Part shown: one piece after another, positions 1 through 13,234 of the stretch
Layout: every line of letters starts with the position of its first letter
Numbering within the stretch: position 1 is the stretch's first letter
NCBI RefSeq assembly: GCF_001194135.2
Contig: NC_068981.1
Location: 199,435,774 to 199,499,773 of the forward strand
Source: Octopus bimaculoides
Lineage: Eukaryota
Reading direction: 5' to 3'
DNA: 64,000 nt
Notes under the pieces: generated by a model
Told to the model about the DNA's origin: nothing
What the model saw: the letters and a program-made list of their open reading frames with translations, nothing else
Database searches by the model: none
Made by a program: the position numbers and the translations under genes

Positions 1-87
1 AAATATTATATAGTCGTATTTGAAGTATTATATAGATTTTGTCAAAATATTAAATAACCCCCACTGTCAGTATTTATTTGGTGATAT

Positions 88-1304
88 TACAGGCTGGACT
101 GAAAAGTTCATTGGCTGACTATGGAGAAATGAAGCCAGAGCTGTGAAATCTTCAGCTCTTCTTATTAATAACTGCATTGGTTCTTTCCAAATAAATTTAC
201 TTCTGTCTATCCAAAGAAGATTGCAAAAATAATTAGTAGCAACTTCTCTTGAAAATTAACCAAATTTGGTATCTTGTTGTTATCAAGGACCCGCAGAAAA
301 AGAGTTTAGTCCCTAAGGACATTCATGCTGACATGGCTGTTACATTAGGGGATGATGATCCAGTGCAAAAGTGGGCAGCTAAATTAAGGAGGGAAAGGGA
401 GAGTCTTGAAGATTATCCAATGTTTGGACATCTTGTAACTACCCCCACCATCAAGGAAAACATTGATTGCATTCATCTCATGTTATAATGGATGACAAGC
501 GATCGACTATAAATCAAAGAACCAATGCTATTAGCATATCCCATGAGAGTGCTGAGAATATTCTGCACAATAAACTTGGCATGATGAAGGTGCTTGGCAG
601 GTGCTACGACTTCTGATCAAAAGTGCACCAGGCTAATCGCATCATGGGAAAATCTGACATAGTTTCACGTAGATTCAGTTGGTTTCCTCAAACATTTCCT
701 GATTCAGGATGAGTATTGGATTCACCACTTTTAGCCAGAGATAAAAAGATAGTCCATGCAGTGGAAACACCCAGCCTCACCTGCACCAAAGAAAGCCAAG
801 GTTGCTTCATCTGCAGGGAAAGTGATGACCTCAGTTTTGATGGATGCAAAAGGTATTGTGTTTATTGTCTATCTTCAAAAGGGCCACATCATCAGTGGAG
901 AATATTATGCCAGGAAAACTGACAAAATGGGTCTTGTTTCATCAGGACAATGTTCCAGCACGGAAGTCTTTGCTTTCAATGGCTACTATGCATGACTGTA
1001 GCGTTGAACTGAGGTTGATCTCTCTCTCTATTCTCCTGATTTGGCCCCATCTAACTATCATTTGTTCCCCAAAATGAGAAACCACTTGACTGGGAACCAG
1101 TGTTACAATGATGATGGCATCATATCTACTGTTGATGGCTTTTTTTGACCAACAGGATGAAAGCTTCCTTACCATTAGCATCCAAGCAGGGAAACCCTAG
1201 TGTCTGGTCTGAAAGGGGGTCAATGTTGAAAGATAAACCACATTTGGTCATATTCCATCAGAGTATCTTGATCTGCCCATGAACTTTTCAGCCAACTGAT
1301 TGCA
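88..1304 (+). mobile_element. Decayed mariner DNA transposon (transposase pseudogene with both TIRs)
   Basis: Frameshifted peptides WAAKLRRERESLED, MQWKHPASPAPKKAKVASSAGKVM, FHQDNVPARKS and YSPDLAPSNYHLFPKMRNHL match mariner motifs. The TIR ctgaaaagttcattggc (99-116) is mirrored by gcccatgaacttttcag (1275-1291). Confidence 0.92.
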
Positions 1305-1324
1305 TTATTTTCTATAGAAGTAAT

Positions 1325-1555
1325 ATTGTCTGATGGCATTGTTGTCTGATGGCATTGCTGTCTGATGGTAACATTGTCTGATGGTAGCGTTGTCTGATGG
1401 TTGTGATGTGTGTTGATACTATTATCTGATGGCATTGTGTTATGATAATGTTGTGTAATGGTTATGCTGTTTGATGGTAGTATTGTCTGATGGCAATGTT
1501 GTCTGATGGTAATGTTGTCTGATGGTACTGTCTATGAGGATATTGCTGTCTGATG
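1325..1555. repeat. Degenerate 16-bp minisatellite, core TGTCTGATGG
   Basis: Repeated tgtctgatgg(cattgt/taacat/tagcgt) units at 16-nt spacing. Confidence 0.85.
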
Positions 1556-2261
1556 TTACTTTTAATCAATTGTGTCAACCTTTAACATTTACAATCCATT
1601 TAGACAAATCAGTATTGGGAAAAATACATTTCAGCATTCCTTTTATCTCTTTTCATTTTGAGTTCGAATCCCTCCAAGGTTCATTTGAATGTTATAAAAT
1701 ACAGTGAAGTTGATGGCATTCTTCACTTGTATCAAAATTGGAAAGAATATTTTGAATAAAATTTCACAGCAAATATAGTGTTTCAGTAAATGATTTTGTC
1801 AATAGTTCACTGTATAACATATTTCTGACTCTCAAAATGATTAACTAAATATAGAGTTTGATTTAAAGAACAAAATGCATTGATATCAATTTTGCCATTA
1901 AATGTATGAATTAAGGAAATCGGTCAGCTATTTAGTATTAGAATAAAAAATTAAATTTATCAATGATGTCATCGTATACATAAAGGTCCTTTTGGTCTTC
2001 CTCTCTCTATATTTAATATTTCTCCCAAGTGTAAAATTCTCTCTGTTTACAGTTTGGTACTCTCCCCCGCTCTGTAGCTCATTTATGTTTCTGGCTTAGT
2101 TATCACTATTTGAGTATCTGAGCTGTTTGTTTGTCATGGATAGATTCTGAGCCATAAACATTGCTCAGTTCTTTCAGGGAGAGTTTAAATGACCACGCTG
2201 ACCATCCTACTCAATTTAACCTCAAACAAACTAAGTGAACCTTTATTGTTCTTTTAATTTT

Positions 2262-2436
2262 TTTATTTGTTTCAGTCATTTGACTATGGCCATGCTGGAG
2301 TACCACCTTTTAGTTGAAGAAATCAACCCCAGGACTTATTCTTTGTAAATCTGGTGCTTATTCTATTGGGATCTTCTGCAGAACCACTAAGTTAGGGGGG
2401 ATGTAAGCATACTTACATCAGTTATCAAGCAATGGT
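2262..2436 (-). mobile_element. 3' half of composite tRNA/CORE-type SINE
   Basis: Reverse complement matches the 3' halves at 6170-6357 and 16130-16340 (cagcatggcc..cagtc tail); truncated by a gap. Confidence 0.8.
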
Positions 2437-3134
2437 NNNNNNNNNNNNNNNNNNNNNNNNNNNNNNNNNNNNNNNNNNNNNNNNNNNNNNNNNNNNNNNN
2501 NNNNNNNNNNNNNNNNNNNNNNNNNNNNNNNNNNNNNNNNNNNNNNNNNNNNNNNNNNNNNNNNNNNNNNNNNNNNNNNNNNNNNNNNNNNNNNNNNNNN
2601 NNNNNNNNNNNNNNNNNNNNNNNNNNNNNNNNNNNNNNNNNNNNNNNNNNNNNNNNNNNNNNNNNNNNNNNNNNNNNNNNNNNNNNNNNNNNNNNNNNNN
2701 NNNNNNNNNNNNNNNNNNNNNNNNNNNNNNNNNNNNNNNNNNNNNNNNNNNNNNNNNNNNNNNNNNNNNNNNNNNNNNNNNNNNNNNNNNNNNNNNNNNN
2801 NNNNNNNNNNNNNNNNNNNNNNNNNNNNNNNNNNNNNNNNNNNNNNNNNNNNNNNNNNNNNNNNNNNNNNNNNNNNNNNNNNNNNNNNNNNNNNNNNNNN
2901 NNNNNNNNNNNNNNNNNNNNNNNNNNNNNNNNNNNNNNNNNNNNNNNNNNNNNNNNNNNNNNNNNNNNNNNNNNNNNNNNNNNNNNNNNNNNNNNNNNNN
3001 NNNNNNNNNNNNNNNNNNNNNNNNNNNNNNNNNNNNNNNNNNNNNNNNNNNNNNNNNNNNNNNNNNNNNNNNNNNNNNNNNNNNNNNNNNNNNNNNNNNN
3101 NNNNNNNNNNNNNNNNNNNNNNNNNNNNNNNNNN
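2437..3134. other. Assembly gap (N run)
   Basis: Run of N. Confidence 1.
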
Positions 3135-3317
3135 CGTAAAAGCACCCATTACACTCTCTGAGTGGTTGGCGTTAGGAAGGGCATCCAGCTGTAGAAACTC
3201 TGCCAAATCAGATTGGAGCCTGGTGTTGCCATCCGGTTTCACCAGTCCTCAGTCAAATCGTCCAACCCATGCTAGCATGTAAAGCGGACGTTAAACGATG
3301 ATGATGATGATGATGAT
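3135..3317 (+). mobile_element. 3' end of RTE-tailed retroposon (conserved domain, CCATGCTAGCATG hairpin, (GAT)n tail)
   Basis: Near-identical to 31270-31440 and 52490-52665. Confidence 0.85.
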
Positions 3318-3329
3318 ATATGTATATGA

Positions 3330-3478
3330 CGTGCTTCTTTCAGTTTCCATCTACCAAATCCATTCACAAAGCTTTGGTCAGCTTGAGGCTATAGTAGAAG
3401 ACACTTGCCCAAAGTGCCATACAGTGGGACTGAACCTGGAAACATGTGGTCGGCAAGCAAGCTTCTTACCACACAGAT
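3330..3478 (-). mobile_element. 5' half of composite tRNA/CORE-type SINE
   Basis: Reverse complement matches 15505-15638 (gcaccttgggcaagtgtcttctactatag CORE-like block). Confidence 0.8.
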
Positions 3479-4073
3479 GTGCTTACAATTGGACAATTCA
3501 TCTTATAAAACCAGCCCCACCACACACACACACACTGACATACAATTGAAGCAAGCATTGTTTTATCAAAAACCATTTTGCAGTATTCAACAAAACACCT
3601 ATAACTATGATGTTTTGCATTTTTCTTTCATTTGTTTTGCTATTCTTATTTTCCTGAACTTTTTTTCTGTATTTCCTGTTTTCATTTTTCATTTTCCTGA
3701 TCATTGTTGTTTTTAAAATTCCTATTGCTGTTTCTGTTATTGTTACATTGTTTTATGTATTTGTCTTCAATAAGAGAAATTTGGTTGTTGTATTGGGAGG
3801 TTATGGGCAAAAACAAACACCTAGTGGTCAAGTTAAATAAGTGACAAAAGTCTTACTAATCATTTCTCTCCAATAAAATATCAATAATTGCTCTTCTCAA
3901 GACTGGAAGCGTCAGGAAAATTGTTAATATGTAATTCTATATATTATAAATTCAGTGTTCTTCATGATAAAAGATTAGCAGAATGCTAATCTCGTTGTTA
4001 ATATGGTGAAACAATGAAGCAGTGGATGATGTTATAATGTCAACAATGAGATAAGATAAAAAAGCAACAAAAT

Positions 4074-4236
4074 CATCATCATCATCGTTTAACGTCCGCT
4101 TTCCATGCTAGCATGGGTTGGACGCTTTGACTGAGGACTGGTGAAACCAGATGGCTAGACCAGGCTCCAATCTGATTTGGCAGAGTTTCTACAGCTGGAT
4201 TCCCTTCCTAACGCCAACCACTCCAAGAGTGTAGTA
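4074..4236 (-). mobile_element. 5'-truncated RTE-tailed retroposon 3' end
   Basis: (ATC)n followed by gtttaacgtccgctttccatgctagcatgg; same family as 3135-3317. Confidence 0.85.
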
Positions 4237-5041
4237 AAATGACTCATTAAAAAGATTCTGGGATATTTGTTACTTTCTATTAAATGCTGAAGATTTAGTT
4301 TCATATATTTCTGGATTTGAAAGGGTTAAGATTTACCTATAACTATCAATCTAATACTTCCTCTCTTTTAAAAAGGACTAGATTGTCTTCTGCTTCCCCT
4401 ATCATCATTTACCAATATTTCAATGGAATATGATGATGTTCTTTTAGTTTTATTGAATTTGTTAGTTCAATATTCATACAAGTTTATAATTCTCACTGGC
4501 TTAGATATCATCCGTCATTCTAATAGAACTAAATATATTCTTCAAGACTTATAAACAGCTTTGAAATGATAACAGTGTATTACTTTTTCTTCAACAACTC
4601 AAAAAAGGAAGAAATAATAATTTCATGAGAATTTACTGAAAAATAACAATGACATTTGTGAAACATCGTATTTCATTTCTTATCCACAAAATAAATTGTT
4701 TGCAAACACAAAATGTCTCCAATCCTTCCTCCCTTTATTGTTTCATTAGAAACAAAAAAGAAAATTGAAAATCTCGTAAGTATTTTACCAATTTCTTTAT
4801 TTGTAATATTTAACCTAAATATCAAACAATTATTTAAATAAAATTTAACAAAGAAAACATTAACAAAAACTAAATAAACTATGAAGGAAGATAAAACAGG
4901 TCAGACACAGCTAAAGAAATGAATAAAAACAGAAAAAAAAATCACTTCTGAATATAAAAAAAGAAAACTATTAAATGAATATTTCTGGCACAATTCAACA
5001 TTTACAGATGTTTAAGATGCTTTCATAATAACAACAATAAC

Positions 5042-5077
<36 letters not shown>

Positions 5078-6002
5078 GACTATCATTATTGTTGTTGTTT
5101 TCATTATTATTAGTATCATCATCATCAACATTATCATTATTATTATCATTATCAATGTGTTTTGCATTCAGATGGTGTCCATTTGTTTGTTTTTTTGTGG
5201 GGTTAGAGGTTGAGGGTGAACGACTATCCTTTTTATTTTCTTCCCTCAAAACCCAGATTTTTCTTTAGCTTCAACTTCAAACAATTTCAGTTTTGATGTT
5301 TTCCATTTTCATTTCAATTGATTCTTTCAATTCTATGTTTCCATAATATGTTGTTGTTGCTGTTGTTGTTGTGCTTATTGTTGTTGTTGTTTCCTATCTA
5401 TGCACTCTTCAATTTTTTTCCCATTTCCTTCAAGTCTGTTAGATGTTTAACAAAGAACAGCACATTTGTGATCGCTTGGTCTCAAATTTGTATGTTTGTG
5501 TGAGTATTTGTGTCTCAGAAGATGTGTGTGTGTGTGTGTGTGCACATGTGTGTGTGTGTACATGTGTGTGTGTGCACATGTGTGTGTGTGCACATGTGTG
5601 TGTGTGTGCACATGTGTGTGCACCTGTTTGTGTGTATGTGAGAATATGTGTTTATGCTCATGTGTCTGTGTAAGTTTTTGTTATGATAAAAATTTCCCAT
5701 CTTTTACATTAATACCAGCTTTTTACATGCAGAAAGAGACTTGACTATTAGGAAAGCTATCCTATGCTATTAAATGCATCTATAATATTTATATACGAAC
5801 AGGTTGACTAAATTCCTCATGTTACTAAAAGTTTTGTGGATGTGGAAAACTGTCCGTATCATCAAATATTTGGAAGTAAAGGAGATGAATGTTGTTTCAC
5901 ATGCACAAAAGTTTAAGGGACATGAACAACTAACTAGGCCAATCTGTCATTCAACTCCAATCATATGTATTGAGTGCTACTTCTATTTTTTTGTTTGTTA
6001 AT

Positions 6003-6357
6003 TTTGCTTCCCAACCACATGGTTCCAGGTTCAGTCTCATTTCACAACACCTTGGACAAATGACTTCTATTATACCCTTGTGTCAACCAAAACCTTGTGA
6101 GCGGATTTAGCAGGTGAAAACTGAAAGAAGCCCATCATATACACAGTTATGTGTGTGTTTATTTGCATCTCTGTTTGTCCTCCACCACTGCTTGACTGCT
6201 GGTGTTGGTGAGTTTACATTCCTACAACTTAGCAGTTCATCAAAAGAGATCAATAGAATACGTATCAGGATTAAAAACTATAAGTAATAGGGTCGATTTG
6301 CTTGGCTGAAATCCTTCAAGGCAGTGCCCCAGCATGGCCACAGTCTGAAACTGGTAA
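6003..6357 (+). mobile_element. Diverged full-length composite tRNA/CORE-type SINE
   Basis: B-box-like ggttccaggttcagtc, CORE-like caccttggacaaatgacttct, internal TG tract, 3' half ending cagcatggccacagtc. Confidence 0.75.
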
Positions 6358-6885
6358 GAGATATAGTGGAACATTATGGTAAACACCATAATGGCCATGT
6401 AGTTCTTCCATAAGCTTCATTGTTTGTAATTATTTGGAAATCAACCCTGGAAGTGCCAAGAACACTTCGATGCCTCACTGCACTGGATTGAACATCCATT
6501 GCTCATTTCCGAATAAGCACAATGGTGAAACATACCAAGCAACTTAAATCCATAGTGGTGTTTATCTTAATTTTACCTTAACTAGTACAGTAACCAACCA
6601 ACCACAATACTGGCACTCACACTCATATTACACTAGAAGTCGTACATCTAACTTTATTCTCATTCCAGTTTTTGAACCAACCTTCTTCACATCTTTTCTT
6701 ATTTTCTCACTGTCCAGCGTCTTTGCTCTTTAAAATATATATAACACACCAACAGAGTTTGAAAGACTGCTTGCAGATACATGGCATATTTTATAAATAT
6801 GTCTCTTCAAGTATCATAAAAGCATGAAACTATTATTAGTTTTTTTGGTTGTGTATCAAATTGATATATGTATATATACAAATAA

Positions 6886-6961
<76 letters not shown>

Positions 6962-7005
6962 AGTGAGAATGAGTGCTCAACACTACATTGGTGTATAAAT
7001 ATTGG

Positions 7006-7192
7006 GGCTAACAAGGCTATCAATGGTTTCATGCAGCAGGAATTCTCTTACTAATTATCAAGCCTGCTACATAAGAATGTCAGTATTCATCTCCTTCCAT
7101 GATGAAGACGAGTACTAATGACCCCATGTGGCAGACTTGATAATTGTTGAGAGAATTCTGACTGCATGAAACCATTGGTAGCCTTGTTAACC
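7006..7192. repeat. ~190-bp fold-back element (66-bp inverted arms, 55-nt loop), possible MITE
   Basis: 7006-7071 aligns with the reverse complement of 7127-7192 with about 10 mismatches. Confidence 0.8.
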
Positions 7193-8214
7193 TGCAAATA
7201 AAGTGTGTGTATATATCTATTCATATATATATATTTAGATATATACACAAATATATATAAGTTAAAATCATAATGAATGCACAAGCAAACAGGAAACAGA
7301 CACAGAAGTTCACCAACTCTAGACCAGTCTTGAATTATATTTAGTTCACATTTGCATTGTTAATACAAATGTGGAATGAATATAATTGAAGATGAGTCAA
7401 TTAGTGGATGGACAAGGGACAGGGACAAAAGCAAACAAGATGACCATAGGCATACAAAGGAACTGAAATAAACAAACAAACAAAATGAGGCTTTAGGGCC
7501 AGACAGGAGATGAAAATAGTCAATGCTGGGAGAATATCCTAAAGGATTGACAGAGAGACATTGCAAGGTGAATAGAGTGTGAGATGAGAGAAAATACTTT
7601 ATACACATATACATATGTACATTTGCATTTATAAATACACACAGACATACACATGCTTGTGCACACACACACTCACACACACATGAATATATTTTTATTA
7701 ACAGAGAATAAAAGTAGTTTTTGAAAGGCTTTCACTCATCAAATAAATTGAATGTCTTAGACATTGTTATTGTTATCACTTGGTTGCTACACATAAATTC
7801 AGAAACATAGACACAAGAGGTGGTAAATGGGGCATGGATTGCATACACCTGTGCACAAATGAACAAGTAAATAATAAATAATAAATGTATAGGACACACA
7901 CACGCATGCACACACGCACACGCACACACGCACACACGCACGCGCACGCAAATCATTTTTGAGTCTGTTCAAACAATATTTAGGCCATTTAGAATAAGAA
8001 TTGAAATATCAGGACTCAGTGAAAATGCGTTCAATTATGACAGGGAGGTCAGCAAAAGAGTATTTTGTTCTGTGCAAAGACACAGTGGAGATTGATTGCC
8101 AAAAGAAGTGGGAGGGAAGGGGTTAAATAGCTGAGGTTGAATGAGTAGTGATAGCAGTGTGAATTTGAGAGGGACTGGGGTAGAGGGGCGTATGATGCAA
8201 AAATTAGGGGAGAA

Positions 8215-8453
8215 GAATAAAGAGATGAAATGGGGGTGATGTTGAGGAAGATGAGGACTGGGGATGTTTCATTAATGAGGACATATTCTGGTACTTGTCT
8301 GAATGTTGGGTCCTTCGGGTACTTGGATGTCGAGTTGACCCAGTGTGCCTCAACGTTGGTCTTTGGCATGTTGGTAGAGTATGAAGGATTGTCTTTTGTC
8401 GTCATATTGTCTCAGATGTTCATTTAGTCTCTCTGCAATGCTCCTGGATGTTT
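8215..8453 (-). pseudogene. Penelope-like element GIY-YIG endonuclease C-terminal remnant
   Basis: ETSRSIAERLNEHLRQY..K.QS.ILYQHA and KDPTFRQVPEYVLINETSPVL resemble the GETxR...ERxxEH and RQxxEAxxI..P.LN motifs of PLE GIY-YIG domains. Confidence 0.65.
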
Positions 8454-8760
8454 CATCATCATCATCATCATCGTTTAACGTCCGTTTTCCACGCTGGCAT
8501 GGGTTGGATGGTTTGATTGAGGACTGGCAAGCCAGAAGGCTGCACCAGGCTCCAATCTGATCTGGCAAGGTTTCTACAGTTGGATGCCTTTCCTAACACC
8601 AACCACTCCAAGAATGTAGTGGGTGCTTTTTACATGCCACTGGCACAGGAGCCAGTCAGGTGGAACTGGCATCGACCACGTTCAGATGGTGCTTTTTATG
8701 TGCCACTGGTATGGGGGCCAGTCACACGGCACTGGCATCGATCCATGCTGGAAAGGTGCT
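8454..8760 (-). mobile_element. RTE 3' UTR fragment with two 66-bp modules, conserved domain and tail
   Basis: ggtgctttttacatgcc units at 8622 and 8688; (ATC)n tail. Confidence 0.85.
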
Positions 8761-10266
8761 GAATATGTCCCCCTGAATCTTTGATATAAATGAACAGTGA
8801 GTGAGAGAAATGAAGAACAATCATTTTTGAGAGGAGTCCCTTGTGATATTTCTTCTGCATTATGTTACTAAAATGCTCCCTTCTTACTCTTACCAAAAAC
8901 ACAGTAAACAAATAAACCCAGTCGTGCATCCAACAGCTCTGATGTTCACAAATTGCAATATAATAGATAAGAATATTCTATATTTCTGGATTTTTGCTGT
9001 GTATCTGCATCACCAAATATCATATTTGTGTAGAATTATTATAATCACTTCATAATCCATTGCCTGAGGCTTCAATATCTACAGCCGACGCAGTATTTTT
9101 GGTGAGAAAGCAAAGTAAATCTTCAACCTATTTAGAATTGTTCTCCAAACTCAACAAAATGAAGGAAATATATTAGACTCCAATAAATTTTATTTTTCTC
9201 TCACTACATATTTGTTTCCCCTTGAAGTAATTAATATTCTAGGCTTTAAATATGTAGTCTACCATTTAAAATTATTTATCTATGTGGTTGGTGTGTTGTA
9301 ATTATTAAAAGAGAACTGCTTGGTTTGTTTTGTAGGTCAGCAACATGGCATTTAATTGCGATTCTTCCAATACCATTAATCTTCTTGATCACAACTAAAC
9401 TGTTTAAGACTTCCAACAAGATTACAATGGAACCACAATTTATTTTTCATTCGATATTGCCTGTCATTCCTCTAACTCTACAGAGATTCATTGAAACTTT
9501 TGCTTTCCAAATATATTCAGTTGTTTGCCACAGAAAGTCTTACCATTTGAATATAATTCCATTTACCACACATGAAAATCAGTGAATATAAGAAATACTA
9601 TATATTGAACATATTTATAAATAATTATTTTTAGAGCCAATAAACAGCTCAATGCTCATTAAATTTTAATCATCTGCCAGGTCAAAATACTGTGTGAAAC
9701 TTTGGTATTGTATTATCTCAATTGGTAATCTGCCAATTATGTTGGATACCATCCAAAAATATTCTCTTTGATTTACAAATAATTTTCTTCAAACCTGCTA
9801 TTTTCCATCAGTGAAAACCAATCAGTGATCAGGATTCATTATTTTCAAAGATTTTTATATACACTTCCTGTATAAATATTTGAGATACATACTTTGATTT
9901 TATACATACTTTTCATAAACATCTTTTATGCATGGTTTATCCACCTTTTTATATGCATCTTTTAAATACCCGTATGTATGTATCTTTTATACATACATCT
10001 ATACACTTTTTATAACAAAAGAAAAACATTTTTGCTTAAACTATTTTATGAACAAAAAACACCAACAAAATACAAGAGAAAAATCTATATTTCTACTTAA
10101 AACACTCTAAAATCAAACGTTCCAGGGAACCAAATAAATATTTCCTGTTTTAAATCACAATCACAGCATTTATTAGTTGCTTCTCTGGTTTAACATGAGA
10201 AACTCAGAAAGGAATATAAAGAAAATTTGGTTACAATGATTTCCTTTTCTCTCCTTTTCTTTATAG

Positions 10267-10338
10267 AACACCATGAGGAAGAGCCAGGACTCTTAGCAAA
10301 AGAACTATGTCAGCAAATTCCTTTATCAAAGAGAAATG
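10267..10338 (+). CDS. Candidate isolated 72-nt symmetric (phase 1-1) exon, (E)HHEEEPGLLAKELCQQIPLSKRN; product unknown
   Basis: Long polypyrimidine tract ending ttatAG, donor TG|GTAAAC, only one open frame; no recognisable homology. Confidence 0.3.
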
Positions 10339-10398
10339 GTAAACCAAAGAATCAATGTAATATTGACACAAACCCAATAATTACAGGGTGTAGCGAAT

Positions 10399-10770
10399 TA
10401 TCATCATTGTTGTCGTTTAACGTCCGCTTTCCATGCTGGCATGGGTTGGACGGTTTGACTGAGGACTGGCAAGCCAGGAAGCTGCATTAGGCTCCACTCT
10501 GATCTGGCAAGGTTTCTACAGCTGGATGCCCTTCCTAACGCCAGCCACTCCGAGAGTGTTGTGGGTGCTTTTTACATGCCACTGCTACAGGGGCCAGTCA
10601 GGTGATACTGGCATCAGCCACGCTTGAATGGTGCTTTTTACGTGCCAGTGGCACATGAGCCAGTAAGGCAGCATTGGCATCAGCCATGCTCATATGATGC
10701 TTTTTATGTGCCACCAGCATGGGAGCCACTCCAGCAGCACTGGCATCGGCCACACTCAAGTGGTGCTTTA
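10399..10770 (-). mobile_element. RTE 3' UTR fragment with three or more 66-bp modules
   Basis: Units start at 10564, 10630, 10696 and 10762 (exact 66-bp period). Confidence 0.88.
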
Positions 10771-11214
10771 TATTTACTCTTCTTGATAGTCAACAGTGAA
10801 GACACGGTGAGCACCAGTTCAAATCTAGTTGGTACATGAAAAAGAAAAAAACAGTGAAATATGAACTAGATGAAGACAATGTTACTGTAGACCCTAAGTT
10901 CATTAGCAACAAAATGAGCGGGAAAATGTATGGGGTTGAGTTTTCTGTCACACTCGATAGTTATTGGAATGGCAAAGACAATATGTGTAGAGAGGGGCTA
11001 CAATTCATGATTATTGTTTATGTTATTGATCTCAGGAGGAAGACCCTATCTGGATGTGAACTAGTAATGTAAAGGGTCCCAAATCATTCCTGATCCAGTA
11101 CATACATATAAGCAAAGCTGTTTCATGCATGACCATCCCATCTTCTTGTTTCAAACTTATTTAGGACTTCAATATCAGAGCAGTAATGCTACATAAATAT
11201 AAGATGGTAACAAG

Positions 11215-12845
11215 AGGACCATGGCTCATGCCTCATGTTCGCTACTTCCTACAGGAAAATATTACAACCAAATTGAAAAAGAGACTCTAGGAATTATTTT
11301 TATTGTAAAAAAAAGTAATAGATTTTTAAACAGTAAAAATTTTCGACTACAGACTGATTATCATCCATTATTATCCATATATGGGTTCAAGAAAGTAATC
11401 TCTACCCATACTGCTTATAGGATGCAACGCTGGGGTACTATATTACTAAACTATGATTTCAAGTTGGAGTTTATGCCATCTACGAAATTAGGACATGCTG
11501 ATTGTTTATCAAGACTGATTTCGAAAAATACTGAACCATTTAAGGATACCATGGTTGCTGAGTTGCAAGCGGAAAATGAAATAATTTTTTTTTTTATAAT
11601 ATCATAGGTGAACTACCAGTTACATTACAAAACATGAATTAAAAGCGGAAAATGATGAATTCATTAGAAAAATGAAAATACTGAGGACTAAATGAGATAA
11701 AAATATGCGCTTTTTCTGAATGCAACACAAATTCGAACCCTTTCTCAATGTGTGACAATGTGTTGATATATGCACAAAGATTCGTAGTGCCGGCTACACT
11801 ACAGAAACGATTACTAAATGAATTTCACATTGGTCACTCAGAGATTTCGAGAATGAAATCGATAATGAGAAGTTATGTATATTGGCCAACAATGGACCGT
11901 GACATTGAAGAACTAGTGAAAGCATGCTGCGGTTGTGCCCTAGCTGCAAAAGCACCTATCACTAAATGAAAACCATAACCAAAAACAGATATTCTATTGT
12001 CCAGACTGTACGTTGGATATGCAGGTCCACTTAAAGGTTCATATTACTATGGTGTGGTTGACAGTTTTTCAAAGTGGCCCAAAGTGCATAAGTGTAAAAA
12101 GCAGGCATCTGCGGTTACAGTAAGTTTTCTTACACAAATTGCTCGCCAGATATATTCCTGATACCATTGTGTCTGGTAATGAAACTCAGTTTATTTTAAA
12201 CGAGTTCAAAAAAATTTTGTAAAATGTTCGTTATCGAACATGTGACCACTCCGTCGTATCATTCTCGATCAAATGGAAAAGTGGAACATTTTGCTGACAC
12301 TTTCAAACAATGAACAATGAAGTAATGGATGACGTAGCACTTCAACAATTTCTAAGGGTGTACCGAGTCACACCTAATCCAAATACTTTGTCTGGAATGT
12401 CACCTGCGGAATTAATGCTAGAAAGGTCAGATCCGTCTTTGATAAGTTGATACCGAGCAAAAATAGAAAAATGGCGAACAACAAATATACTTCAAAATTC
12501 TTAAAGTTAGGTGACAAGATTTTTTTTAACCTATAGATATGTAAGGAAAGCTGAAATTGAAAAAATGTTATTCTTGGTAAAAGGAAAAAATTTTGAACAT
12601 GAAAAGACATATAAACTAACTTTAAAAAAAAAATGTACGGAAGAAACGATCGCTAGAAATGAAATCCCCATGGAAGTATTGTATGACACGTTTGAGGTAC
12701 CAGCATCCAAACAAATTGAAACTACACATTCAAGTAACAAAAAAGGAAGAAAACAAAAACACTGGAATTATACCCTACTCTGGATGGAGTTTAATTCTCA
12801 AAAAGGGGAGAAGTTACAGAAAGCTGATCCTTAAAAAAGGGGAGA
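11215..12845 (+). pseudogene. pol: Gypsy/Ty3 (Mag-like) pol remnant: RNase H, integrase Zn-binding and core domains, PPT
   Basis: AHAS.SL..KYYNQIEKETLGIIF, QTDYHPLL, HADCLSRL, FHIGH..YWP..C..C, GYAGPLKG..VVDSFSKWP, SNGKVEHF; multiple stops and frameshifts; PPT aaaaaaggggaga at 12833-12845. Confidence 0.93.
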
Positions 12846-13160
12846 TGTGAAAGGATCCTGACCACCCCCACGTGAGCAAAAGTGGACTGATGCATTTCAA
12901 TAAAATGAAGAAACTGTGTGAACTGTCAGCAGTTGATAATGTTGATGTTCATGTTGGATTACTGTGTTAGTTTAATATCGTACCTACGTTCGGCGTGGTA
13001 CGGGGTACATTCCGTGTGAACATATTGATTCTGAAAAAGGTTATTCTAGATAACCATATCCATATATCTATTTGGGTAATGGTATTCCTACGCCCTTGTG
13101 CACCTCCCAACGTCGTCATAACATTAGTGGTGACAAGAGACTTGAACCCACGACACAACA
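12846..13160 (+). mobile_element. Probable 3' LTR of the Gypsy element
   Basis: Starts TGTG directly after the PPT and ends ..CACAACA; right boundary uncertain. Confidence 0.6.
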
Positions 13161-13234
13161 CCCTGAAAGGATGACAGACATCCGTGGAATTTGAATTCAG
13201 AACATAATGACAATCAAAATGTCATTACATTATT

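Noticed and set aside
2387-3242. Long ORFs in the track spanning N gaps (also 13.8-14.2, 34.1-34.5 and 54.6-55.5 kb)
   Set aside because: Artefacts of N runs.
3774-3839. RNLVVVLGGYGQKQ, superficially a Kelch GG motif
   Set aside because: Very short, ends in a stop, no good donor, no neighbouring repeats.
4129-4150. CTGAGGA...GAAA in the antisense strand of the RTE/SINE tail
   Set aside because: No room for stem II, GAAA is absent from most copies, and stems I and III cannot form.
10564-10770. 66-bp periodic array resembling a CRISPR array (also at 27.5, 36.1 and 52.3 kb)
   Set aside because: Whole units are homologous with no unique spacers, there are no cas genes, and the context is a eukaryotic LINE 3' UTR.
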